In this document: positions 1 through 13,000 of the stretch, in pieces
Numbering within the stretch: the stretch's first letter is position 1
Layout: each line of letters starts with the position of its first letter
Source of the DNA: Anolis carolinensis
Taxonomy: Eukaryota
DNA length: 64,000 nt
Assembly (NCBI RefSeq): GCF_035594765.1
Contig: NC_085842.1
Span: 190,663,036 to 190,727,035, forward strand
Reading direction: 5' to 3'
Notes under the pieces: generated by a model
Told to the model about the DNA's origin: nothing
The model's database searches: none
The model's input: only the letters and a program-made list of their open reading frames with translations
Position numbers and translations under genes: made by a program

Positions 1-952
1 GTAGCTATAGACCTAGGAATGATGGAGTCACACCTGCTTTTTTTCTCCCCCTCCCCTCTGCCCCAAGGCCATCTTATCTTGAACATTTAAGAAACGTGGG
101 GGCAATGTGTTTCCTACGGATCACATGTGGACCTCGTATCAGTTTTGTGGTCTTAAGATAGTCATGGAGCACTCTAACCATTCCCCTTCTAAGGTGACAA
201 AAAATAATAAAAGGGGGGTTCCCGCCAGCTTTCCCAAAATTGGATAAGATTGTCCAGCTACTTCTGAATTTGATTCCCCCATCCCACATTTTTATGTTTG
301 AATTTCTGAGTCTGCTTCAGCCTGCAATGGATGTTGGTGAAAACCCCAGGCATGGCCAAAATTACCTGTCCCTGTCTGAAAGAAAATGATTTCAAGGAAA
401 CGTTTTTAAAATGTGGATATTTTCTCATATGAGCCCACAAGGAAGCCTAGTACTCCCAGGGGTTGAGGCAAGAGTGTGCATACTTGCTCTGTGCTTTCTC
501 AGTTTGCTTCACTCGGACGCATCTATAATTTGTTCTCTGCAGCATTTCCATTAATGCCAGAAGAGAAACTAATCCAAATACGTACGGCTGGGTTCTTGTA
601 ACTCATCACAGTGGGATTTAAAGCATAGGGATAATTGTGTTACATTTAAATATGTACATTGCTGTGAGGGGCACCATAGTGTAATCTGTAAGTTGGACTA
701 AAACTCTGGAAACTAGGGTTCAAAGCCCCATTTGACCATGGAAATTAATGAGTGACCATAGGCAAGTCACACTCTCAGCTTCAGAAGAAGGCAGATGTAA
801 AAATCTCTCTGAACAAGAAAACCTGATGAAAATAGCCACCACAAGTTAGAAACAACTGGGAGGCATAAAACACTTCCTTTTATGTTAATTTGACATTTCG
901 TTATTAACCAGATGTTTTATCTGGGAAATATTTCCCACTCTTTTGTTTCCAG

Positions 953-1034
953 GATATCAGCAGCAGCTGTTATACAAGCATTATGATGGGTCTTATAGTG
1001 CCTTTGGAAGCAGGGACCAGGAAGGCAACACCTG
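953..1034 (+). CDS. ovostatin-like exon (A2M exon 25 equivalent)
   Basis: ccag|GATATCAG...ACCTG|gtaaga; [28 protein letters not shown]. Confidence 0.93.
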
Positions 1035-4000
1035 GTAAGAGCCTGGAAAACTGGGAAGTGTCTCTTTGCAGCAGTAATTGGCTGCCATAAGCAAGAAAGT
1101 TACCAAATCTTCTCTGGTCACCAAGACTTGGCCTGGTTAGTTCTTGAAAGGAAGAGTATAAGGAAATACCAAGTGATGTAGGTTATATTCAGAGTAAGGC
1201 AATGGCAAATCCCTGCTAAATAAATATTGTGACACTTCCTCACTACTTCAGGCATGAATGGGGCAGGGCCAAGCCAGTGTCATGTGATGGCACTCGGCAG
1301 ACCCCACCCCAAAAAGTAGCAAGGAGCCAAAAGCTCCAAGTATGATACGGTAGTCAAGCATCTCAAGGGCCATTAATACAAATTGCCAGCTGTCAACAAG
1401 GATTTGTAGAGAATTGTTCCAGACTGTGTGGATGCCATCTTGGATGAAGTAAACATTCTTCAATAAGAAATTATATGTCAGGTAGGCATCTGATCTTAGA
1501 TGCTAAGTAGCTTTGCCCTTAGATAGTACTTGGATGGGAGACCACCCTCATATATCAAGCGCTGAAGGCTATATTTCTGAGGAAGGAATTGGCAAAACCA
1601 TCTCTGAGTATTCTTTGCATAAAAAACCCTATAAAAGTCACAATGGTTTTTTCAACTCCTTTTTTTGAAATATAACCTCCATCCCCAGTATCGATTCAAG
1701 AATTAATCAAGACCAACTCTGAATAATATCTAAGATCAGTTGACTTCTGGGATTATACAGTATATCAGTCCTAATAATTGTCTACTACGTTCAGCCCTCC
1801 AGGTTAGCTGCAGTTAGGGGCATAGGACTCTATGCAAACGAGAAATATATGAATAAAGAAATTGCTATGTTTTTATCTAAGTGAATACTTCTCTAGGTAT
1901 TTTTAGGTTTTCCAGCATGATTCCTTGGTTGATGTCCATTGGAAGCTGACCACAGAATCACACAGGAGGGCATTTCTAGACAGGTGTTTCCTCTAGAAAT
2001 CTCAAGGTCCTCCACCATGACTGGAGAAAGCTGACCATAGGGCTACACTTGAGAACCTAGAAATTCCTAGAGAAAACATTACAATCAAATCCATGAATAA
2101 TCAACTCCGTGAAAATCATGACCACAGATGGGGAGGGATGACTGCACAAATCAAATCAGATTGAAAGGTGGCTGTGGAAAGTTGTTTGCAAATACTCATG
2201 TTTTGTAATGTCTTCTTCTTTCCTTTTTTTTTTTTTTTTTGGTTAGGCTCACTGCTTTTGTGTACAAGTGTTTTGCAAGAGCTTCACTTCGCATCTTTAT
2301 TGATGTTAATGTCCAAACCCAAACCTTAATCTGGCTGTCTAGCAAACAAAAATCAGATGGATGCTTCCAAGATGTGGGAAAGCTCTTCAACAATGCTCTG
2401 AAGGTACAACATTTTATCTTCTCGTATACATTCTGTCCCTCTTGCGGCAATGCTTTTTAATCCTTGTAAATTATTGTGCTTCCTCCTCCTCCTCTCATCC
2501 CTCTGATTTCTCTTACTGTTATGCAACTATGGTACAATACCCTTATCCACGGGATATACATTCCTTGACTTACCACAAAACACAAAGGAAATCATAGATA
2601 AAAATAATCATTCTTGAAATGGACAACTTCCACAGGAAGTGGCCATAGAGTCATTCTGAAGGACTCAAAGAAATCCCAGAGAGGTACTCTCTCTGGGAAT
2701 TTGTCATTCTGATTCTGGTAACCTCTGGCAAAAACATAGCATAGAATTGCCAGACGAAATGAGAGAAGACAGGGATCATGCTGTATTCTAAGCACATATA
2801 GCAGGGAGTGAGATGCTTTATAGCACTTAGTTGTACTGGACAGAGAGATCAGGTTTTGGCTGACTTTTGATTAGAGTTGCCATATTACTCGGATAGCTGG
2901 GTTTTACCAGAATGCCAGGTATATCACCCAGTATCCATTTGAAACATGAACTCAGATTATGTTTGTCTCCCTTAAGATTACTAATATTTGTCCCTACTTT
3001 CCTCAGATGGCAGTCCTCTCATGGCTCTGTATTATTGTCAACAGTAAAAAAATTAATGTCCGAAAAATAATCTGATGAGAAGACCACTACATGTGTCTGA
3101 GCATGGTACACTGTTATTGCCACTGGATTTTTTTAAAAAAAATTGACCACACTAGGTTTTCTTCCTCCAGTTAATCTCCATAGCAATCCCATACAGTAGG
3201 TTTGCTGAGAGGCAGTGGTGCCCATAGTCATCGTCACTAAGCAGAGAGTTGAAATTAGGGCCCCTTCTACACTGCCATATAAAATCCAGATTATCTGCTT
3301 TGAACTGGGTTATTTGGCAGTGTAGATTCATATAATCCAGTTCAAAGTGGAGAATGTGGATTATCTGCTTTGATAACCTGGATTATATGGCAGTGTAGAA
3401 GGCGCTTAGATCTCCATGTTCCAAACGCAGCACTTTATTGTCATAGCACTAGAAATATGACATAAAGTTTGAAACATAACGAGATAAAAATATTAGCAAT
3501 CAATGTTCCTAATTTGAATAATAAGACTGCAGTTCAAAGCAATTTGCATAGTGTGCAAAGTAGATGCCAAGATTTAAGAAACTGGAATATGGCAACCCTA
3601 TGTTTGACTCAGGAGCCCCGGTGGCGAAGTGTGTTAAAGCACTGAGCTGCTAAACTTGCAGACCGAAAGGTCCCAGGTTCAAACCCCGGGAGCGGCGGGA
3701 GCGGCCGCTGTTAACTCCAGCTTCTGCCAACCTAGCAGTTCGAAAACATGCCAGTGTGAGTAGATTGCTCCATGCAGTCATGCCAGCCACATGACCTTGG
3801 AGGTGTCTATGGACAACAACGGCTTTTCGGCTTAGAAATGGAGATGAGCACCAACCCCCAGAGTCAGACATGACTGGACTTAATGTCAGGGAAAACCTTT
3901 ACCTTTACCTATGTTTGACTCAGTCACTTGAACATAACTTGCAGGTTTATTCTGTGGGTAACATGGTTTAATGCTATGTATGCTACCCATAGTCCTCTAA

Positions 4001-7000
4001 ATCAGGCATGGGCAGACTTCGGCCCTCCAGGTGTTTTGGACTTCAACTCCCACAATGGGCTGAAGTTTGCCCATGCATGCTCTAAATACTAGAATGTTGT
4101 TACAATTATAAGACTGTTAAAAAAGCATCCTCACACCATTTCAACATTGATTAAACCTGTCCTATACAAGTTTACATTTTCTTCCTATCCATATTTTTAT
4201 TCTGTTTTCTTTCTATGTGTTTTGCATTTCCAGGGAGGAGTAGACAACAGTCTTTCAATGTCAGCCTACGTCACCTCAGCTCTGCTTGAATCTGGATTAC
4301 CCACCTCGGTATTCATTTTCTGCTGTTATTTAGGGTTCAATCAATCTAGTTCATGATAAAATCCTGCCTGCATTACTGACTTTGAAGAAATAGCATGGAT
4401 ATAGATAATGGGGTTGGCTATTATTGACTTGTGGGGTGTATGTTCCCCTCCACTCCTACCAACTGCTATTGATTTTGCTGCCATATTTTATTTTAAAGCA
4501 AAAAAGAGCAACAAAAAAGGAAAGGACCTTGCAGCTTTCTTTAAACAGGAGGTTTTAGCTATAATAGTGGTATGGCCTGGTATGGAAGGAAGACGCCAAT
4601 CTTAATGATATCACTCCGCGTCCCGTTCAGGGTTGAAATAGAGCAGGATAAAAATACAGTAAATAAATAAAACAAATAATAAATCATTGCCCTCTACCAT
4701 GGTTTCTAATTTGAAAGCATTTATTCATTTGCTTACTTCACTTGTAAACCGCTTTTCTCACCCCGGATAAGCAGTTTGAGTTTTGGAGTTGTAGTTCACC
4801 TATATCCAGAGAGCTCAAACAAAGATGGATCTGTATCAAACTTGGCATGAATACTCAGTATGCCCAAATGTGAATTTGTTTTCTGACGGTCTTTGGTGAC
4901 CCATCTGACATCCCCTCATGACCCCCCCGCCCACAGGCGTCCCGACCCCCAGGTTGAGAAATACTGGTCTAAATCCCTTGTGCTTGCAAGAAATAGAACT
5001 TTGTCAGGAGATGCTGAAGTATGGCTGGAGTGCTTTGGAGTAATGTCATCTCGTTTGTTTGAACTTTTTTGCCTCTTCCTCTTCTTACAGCACCCAGTGG
5101 TCCGAAATGCTCTGTATTGTTTGGAGACCAGATTAGAACAAGGAGGTCTCACTGTCCATGCCCAAGCCATTTTGGCATATGCTTTTGGCCTTGCTGGTAA
5201 TAAGCCCAACCTGGATATCCTGTTGGACAAACTGAATAAATCAGCTACAAGAGTAGGTGAGTCACCAGTTTCACAAGATAATTGCCATTGTCTTTTGTTT
5301 GTACTTTCTCTCTGACCTTCCTGTGTACAATTCCTCCTTCACTACTATAGACAAACTGTGCATCTATAAACCTCTAACTCAGAATCGAGATACAAGGTAG
5401 AGTACTGGTTTATGTGTTGGACAAGGATTCTGGGAGACTATGATTCAAATCCTTGCTTAGCCTCAGAAACCTTTTGGATGACCTTGGGCACATCACATGA
5501 GTTTAGCTTAAGAGAATGACAATATAAAACCACTGCAAAGCAAGTCCTGGCCAAAAAACCTGATAAGAAGATTGCTATAAGTTGGAGTCAACATGAAAGC
5601 ACATAACACACAGTAATGCATTGTTGAAGACCTTCACAGCTGAAATCACTGGGGTGCTGTGTGGTTTCCGGGCTGCATGGCCGTGTTCTAGCAGCATTTT
5701 CTGCTGACACTTCACCTGCAGTTGTGGCTGGCAACTTCAGACAAAACTGGACAAAAAATATATGTGGAGTTTTTTTCCAAATGGCACCAAATCCATTTAA
5801 ACAAATTTTACAGGAATAATAAAAAATGTGCAGAGGCTATGCATTCTTTGCTTTAAAATGCAATTTTCCAAGCCCTGTACCAAAGTGATTTGATACATTT
5901 TGATAATTTTGATCTGTACATAATATTCTACTCCTAGGCCACAATGTGCTGCCAGCCTATAACTCATGTTTCAATCTTTTTGGATTTCGTACATTTTGGA
6001 AACAACCTCCACATATAGAATTCCTTGTTCTTTCCCTACTTGCCACTTCTCCGCTTGTAGGCAAGTATAGGAATAAACACACATCTGAAATAGGTCAGGA
6101 GAGAGAATAATTTGGAATGATTTGGAGAAATAAAATAATTGTGTCTCCTTTGTGAAGGAAAAAAGCAGGATCTAAATAACAACAACAATAATATAAAAGA
6201 AATCTACATTTATGCAAACATTATCCCTTTGTCATTTCAAATGCCCCCACTTCCAAAGCATCTTTCCCATGAAATAAATAAAACTTTCAGAACTGTTTCT
6301 TGCTTACTTTTGTGTAATAGGCTATGCTAACAAACATCTGTGATAGGAGTTCTTCCCATTTTACAGTCTTCCATATTGTCCAAAACATTATTCCAGACAG
6401 TTTTACAATCCTCTTGATCAGGGGACATGCGGACTGCAAGGAGAAAAGGGATTACATTTCTCTCATCCCTCCTTCATCTTGCTGATGGAACTGCTTCCAA
6501 CAGCAGAATGATACCCGAAATATCCTGGCCAATATGTAGTTGAGCCCTTATTTAATATGCTACCAGAATCTACCTATTAGATTAAGGTAGATATCTTCCA
6601 TAGTTACATTAAATTGGCATCCTTATCACTTGTAAAAGTGCCAAAATAAACTAGGCAATGCATGTTAATTTTTTAAAAGAAGGTTATCTGTTTCTGTTTC
6701 AACAATGGATAGAATGAATGCACATAGGTTTTGAATTATTATTCTTCCTAGAGAAGGAATTGAGGTAGATGATTTCCACAGGGTACTTGAAAGAATTAGG
6801 TTGAACTTTTTCTTCTTAGCTGTTTTCTTAGTACATCTTTGCAATTATCAGGTGGTTCATTATACTGGGAGCGGGATGATAAACCACCAACAGAATGGTC
6901 TCCTTCCTTCTACCCCCGTGCCTCATCTGCGGAAGTTGAGACGGCTGCCTATGTACTCATGGCACTGCTCACTAGGACCAACCCAACATCGGCACAAATT

Positions 7001-10000
7001 ACAACAGCATCACAGATTGTGACCTGGATCACCAAGCAACAGAATCCTTACGGAGGTTTCTCGTCCACCCAGGTAAAGTAATTCCCGTTGTACTCTTCCC
7101 CTCATGCCAATTGCCGAGGATACATTGATGTTTTGTTTTATTGCAATAAAAAGCAACTGAGGGTTCATACAGATTACATCAAAAAATGATGCTTTCGTAA
7201 CAGAGAACTTCACTTACTAGCAGTTGGTGACTTTTAGACTTTATTTCATGGACATGGCAAACCAGCATAATAATGATATGCATTGCTTGGTATTCCATGT
7301 CCCCATGATGAAGCTGTCAATAGCCCCTGCACATGCCACATCCCAGGACTTACTTTGTTCTGTGACTCCAGGTGCTTCTGTGGCAGCACCTCATAATTGT
7401 AAAGAACCTTTACATTCTTTAAAAAAGAAGTGGAAGGGGCACAACAGGAGGGTCCATTTACACCACCAACCTGAAAGCTGGGTGAAATTGACCATCTTCA
7501 TGTTATAAGTCGGCGCTATCCCACATTGTGGGAACAGCACGGTATAATGGCTACTGTGTAGTAATGTCTTCCATGTCCCATCCAGATCTAAACTAATTTT
7601 ACTTTCTATAAAAGTCCACATGCACCTTAGCAGACCACTATTCAGCTTTCATGAAATGAGGCACCATGCCAATCAGCATGCAGTGCTTTCCCATTCAACT
7701 CTGGTCTTCTTTTTCCAAGTAAGAGTACTCTGAATCTTTTTTAAAAAATGATATTTATTAGGATTTTCAAAAACAAAACATTTACATAAAATAGAAAAAA
7801 CGGGGGGGGGGGAGACAAAAAGATAGAGAAAAGAGAGAGAAAGAAAAAAATGGAGGAGAGGGTCATGGGAGAAAAAGAAGGAAAAACATGAATAGGGGAT
7901 AAATTTTTGTCTTCCATCCTTATTCTCATGGGATTTTTAATTTTGTTAGTTCTTAATTAGTATACTCCTGGTTGTTTTCTTTATTGCCTTTCTACCTCTT
8001 CAGTTCCATAAGTTGTTCTTTTCTCCTTATTTATGTATTCTCTATACAAAGTCCAGTCTGTTTTCTTAATTGGCTGCCCTCTTTGAATCTTTAATAAAAA
8101 AGTTAATTCATCCATATTTCGAATCTCTTCCATTTTTTCTTGCCATTGTTTTTTCGTTGGCGTATCATGTGATTTCCATTGTTTTGCGTAAACAATCCTT
8201 GCTGCCATATTTATATACGTGAACAGTTTATCCTCATTTAAATTATGGTTTATTTCCGTATCTGTCAGGCCCAATAAGTAATATTCCGGTTTCATTGGAA
8301 AACGTTTTTTCAGTATTTTTTGGGGTTCCATGTGTATCATTTTCCAATATTTAATTGTTTCAGTACACGTCCACCATACGTGGAAATATGACCCAATGTG
8401 ATTTCTCCATTTCCAACAGGTGTTTTGAGTCCCTTTATACATTGTCCCTAACATTTTTGGTGTAATAACCTGTGGAACATTTTCATCCAGTTTTCCCTCA
8501 AGTCCCAAGCATAAGTATATTTTAGTTTTTTCTTCCACATCTCTTCCCATTCTTCCAAATTTATTGAGCAGCCAAAGTTCTTAGCCCACTTAACCATACA
8601 GTTTTTTATCTCTTCTGTTTCTGTTGACCAACTTAGCAATTTATCGTAAATTTTTGTTATTTCCTTATTGTCATTTTGAAGAATCTTGTCCCAAAAATTT
8701 TCTCTACTACTAAAGCCAACTTTATTATCCTCCAAAAATATTTCTTTAATTTAGGTGTATTGGAGCCATGATAAATGTTTATATTTTCTTTTAATTTCTT
8801 CTTGATTTTTAATTTGATAATCATTATTCTTTTTAATCAAAATTTCTTTATATAGTACTCTGAATCTTAAGGTGTAAGGAATTCTGTCCTGCCTCAGGTA
8901 GAGGAGAAAAACCAGGGAACAGTGTCCTTTGTGATTTGGAAGGGCTGAGCATAGAATAGAAAGTTGCTACTGATACTGAGAATTGCTACCAACTCTTCTG
9001 TGCTTCCAGAAATATAAAACCTGAGGTCTAAAATAATAAATGCAGCAGCCAGCAACAATATTTGTTCTGTGTGTTTACCATTGAATGAAAGATGTGATTA
9101 AGGGAGGTTGTAGGTTTTTTTTTAGTACACTTCTGATTATAAATAAATAGTAATCAAGAGCAGGGACTTTAACTTGGCTAAAATGACTCACTTTTTAATG
9201 ACTTCTATATTGTTTTCCCCAAATGGCCCTTTGTTATTACTTTGCTTTTTCAGGACACAGTGGTTGCTATTCAAGCTCTGGCTCGGTTTGCCCAACTTAC
9301 CTACTCTAAGAATGGTCAGAACACTGTCAAGATCAATTCCAACAAGCCTTTTGAGAAAGTATTTCAGGTAGACAGTACCAATTGCCTTTTGCTGCAGCAG
9401 ACCTCTCTACCTGATGTTCCAGGGGAATATGCAGTGACCGTGAATGGCAACGGATGTGTCTTTGTCCAGGTAAAAGTTGACACATCTCCAAAGGGAAGGA
9501 CAGGATCTGTTGAGGAGGGGGCTAATTCTGCAGCTTTCAATTCTTACTTGTTATGGGATTTATTCTTCACTCCAGTGGGAAAAACCTCTATTCCCCTTGA
9601 AACAAACAAATCAGAATTGTTGTGCCCACAATGGAAAATCAGGCCCCACCCACACAGTACCTTAATCATGACAGCTTCCATTTCAAAATAGGAGATGGTT
9701 AGACGATGTCACTGGAAAACTCGTGATGATTTGCTACAAAGGAGGGAAACCGCGGGATAAAAACGGGTCCTTTTATCCTGTTTCTGGCAGGAAAGGTAGT
9801 TTTTTGGTGTTTTCATAGCTTAGGTTTCATTATTTTCCCACTAATTATTTTTTGATGAGGGAGTAGAGTAGAAAAGCAGGAAAAGACCTTTTTTGTTTTA
9901 AAAAGTAAGACAAGGAAAGTATTATATGTTGAAAGTATTATAATGGTTGCAAAATTATATAGTTCATGTTTAGCCAGTAGCAGGGCCGTAGCCAGAAAAA

Positions 10001-13000
10001 AAATTCGGGAGGGGTTTTGAAAATTTCGGGGGGGGGAGGGGTTGAACCCCTAGCACATACCCCTCCTCGCTACAAACCTGTCAATATCTGCTTGAGATAG
10101 TACCTGGAGGGACTCTTAATGTTTTGCATCTCATAGACTTAGCATGGGGATTTGGTTAACCAGTTAAAATTCATGAGTAAACGAGATTTTTTTTATAACT
10201 TGAAAAATTTCGGGGGGGGGACCCCTAACCCCCCCCCCCCTCGCTACAGGCCTGTAGGTCTGTACCTTTAACTGGTAGTATGCTTGTATTTTGAGCTTTA
10301 TCAATCAGATACAGGTGGAGCTATGTTTTTCATTTATATATTCTCTGCATTCTGCCTGTATTATCTCTCTGAGTTTTTTGTTCCTGCAGCTTTATTATAT
10401 TTTTCTTTTGATACTCTGCAACCTAAGATTTTTACCTTTACTGACAAGGGTGTAGTGGATGTCTGTATTTATTATTTTGGCAATATCAATGAGCAACACT
10501 ATACGTTACAATACAGCCAGCTGCATGACATTTTTAGCCACATTTTTTCTGAGTTTTTCCTCCCATTCCACTGAGACTCCAGGCCTCTGATTTGCAAAAG
10601 TGAGACTGGATCTCTGCAGGCAAACAGCAACTGGAATAGGAAGTGGATTTTTAGCAAAGGCTGAGCTTTGCTCTGTTCAGTAATTCCAGTACAAAGCACC
10701 CACTCTAAAGGTGCTTTACAATAGGGTAATGTGGTTGGACTTACAAGTGTTTTTCAGTGAGTACCCAAGGCTATTACATCATTAGAATGTACACAACTGC
10801 ATTTAGTAATGGCCACTAATGCTATCCAAGAGTACAGGAAAGTTTAAAAGTCTTAATCAAATAATGGAAAATAATGGGAAGGCTCATTGCACCAGCTTTA
10901 TGAGCTTTGGCTCAATTTTGCATCACAGGTGATCAGCCATCACCTATGGTGAGCATGCATTTTTCTTTTATCTCTATGACATCTTTGCTCAAAGAGGTTT
11001 CACCTACTTCCTCAGAACTACACAATCCTGCAAAATAAATTAACTGTGTGTAGCTACACTGAAGAATTAATGCAATTTGACATCACAATAACTGTCATGG
11101 CTTAGTGCTATGGAGTCATGAGAGTTATAGTTTGGTGAGGTACCAGCATTCTTTTGTAGAAGAGGGCTTATAAAATTACAACTCCCATTATTCCACAGCA
11201 TTGAGCCATGGCAGTTACTATGTGTCAAACTACATTAATTCTACAATGGAGATGCACCCCTCAATAATAGTGTGACATATTTGCACCCAAGGGAAAAAAA
11301 GCCACCTCCCTAAATTATCTTTAAATTTTCTTTTCACTCTTCTTTGAAGATGTCAGTCTATAAAACTCATCTTAGAAACCATATGGACTCATCTTAATTT
11401 TTAAACTATGTTTATTTCCACCCTTTTCTTCCAGACAACTCTGAGATATAACATCATCCTCCCTCAGAAGTCTTCTGGGTTTTCCATCTCTGTGCAGACT
11501 GCAAATGCCTCCTGTTCAGACAACGTCCAGAAAAAGTTTACTATTAGCATCACAGCCAGGTATCTCAGGCACAAAATGAATGTGTATGCATGGCCCAAAC
11601 AGATGTGCAAATTAATAATGTAAAGTCAATATTCTGGTCAATGTAAGGGTGCAAGGACTGATGCAGTTTGGGGAATAAGAAGTAACCTTTACCAGACACC
11701 TCTGGCATCACTAGATATTTTGTTACCAGAAAACACTATGGCCAAACAGTCCTGTACGCTAGTCCCCCTGGTTGTACTGGGGCTCATCTGAGTAATATCT
11801 AAATACATGTTTATGACTACACAAACCTGCTATTAAATTACAGTGTGCCATCAGTCCATACAATTGGAATAAGGTATGTGAAAGTCCTATATCAATCAGA
11901 GAGGATTTTGTCGTGGAAGTAAAATAATTTTCCAAAAGCTAGTTCCAAAGAACCTTCAGCTGCGGAAGCAGAATGATCATGTGGCTGGACGATTTCCTTT
12001 GTGTTTTTCCAGATATAGATATACAGTAGAGTCTCACTTATCCAACATAAACAGGCCGGCAAAACATTGGATAAGCGAATATGTTGGATAATAAGGAGGG
12101 ATTAAGGAAAAGCCTATTAAACATCAAATTACATTATGATTTTACAAATTAAGCACCAGAACATCATGTAATACAACAAATTTGACAGAAAAAGTAGTTC
12201 AATACGCAGTAATGCTATGTAGTAATTACTGTATTTACAAATTTAGCACCAAAATATCACAATGTATTGAAAACATTGACTACAAAAATGCGTTGGATAA
12301 TCCAGAATGTTGGGAAAGCGAGTGTTGGATAAGTGAGACTCTACTGTACCCCCATTAACAAAATAGTTGTGTTCCTGGGCATTCTTTGATTGACATTTTG
12401 GTATCAGAGGTAGAAATAGCATATGAAAGATAAGGTCCTACATCACATACACACTTCAATATTTTTTTGCAATACTTTCCCCTCTTTTTTGATTTCTATG
12501 CATGCTCAGTAAGGGATGCTGGAGGCAGCTGCTATTTACCCTGCCTATTGTAGATCAGTATCTACAGCTAAGTAGAATAAACTAGAATACAAGCTCATTC
12601 TTTCTCAACTCCAATTTTATTGCATTATTCCCTGAAGATACACTGCAGCAACCCAAGATCTTTAGTGTATGTTTCTCCACCCCTTCTTCACCCTTCTCCC
12701 AGTGTTGATTCTCCTGTAAAAAAGGAAGGAAAACCCCACCCAGACACAGGATGAGTAGGATTAAATGTGCACTGTATAACAAAACAGTGCAAATATTTGC
12801 TGAAAGGAATTTCTGTGTCAAAGGCATTGCTAATAGAGGTGTGTCAGTATTGTGTGTTTCTAGATTCATAGTTTTTGGTAAGTATCTCTAAGCAATTTAG
12901 CTATTACATTTGTTCTATTCGTAGAGTCCAAATGCTCTCCAGATGCAACATGTCACTACAATCTAGTATAGTTGTTGCTGAGGCAGTATCTGCCCAGGAA

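Noticed and set aside
70-440. Short minus-strand ORFs at the window start
   Set aside because: No recognisable motif; possibly an old repeat, but I cannot support a call.
1480-1635. Functional 5S rRNA gene
   Set aside because: Partial, diverged 5S match fused to a SINE-like tail.
3612-3910. tRNA genes at SINE heads (also 15439 and 60594)
   Set aside because: A/B boxes belong to SINEs with tails and TSDs; no full cloverleaf evident.
7981-8735. Novel antisense protein-coding gene in the ovostatin-like intron
   Set aside because: Frameshifted L1 ORF2 C-terminus bounded by a 15-bp TSD.
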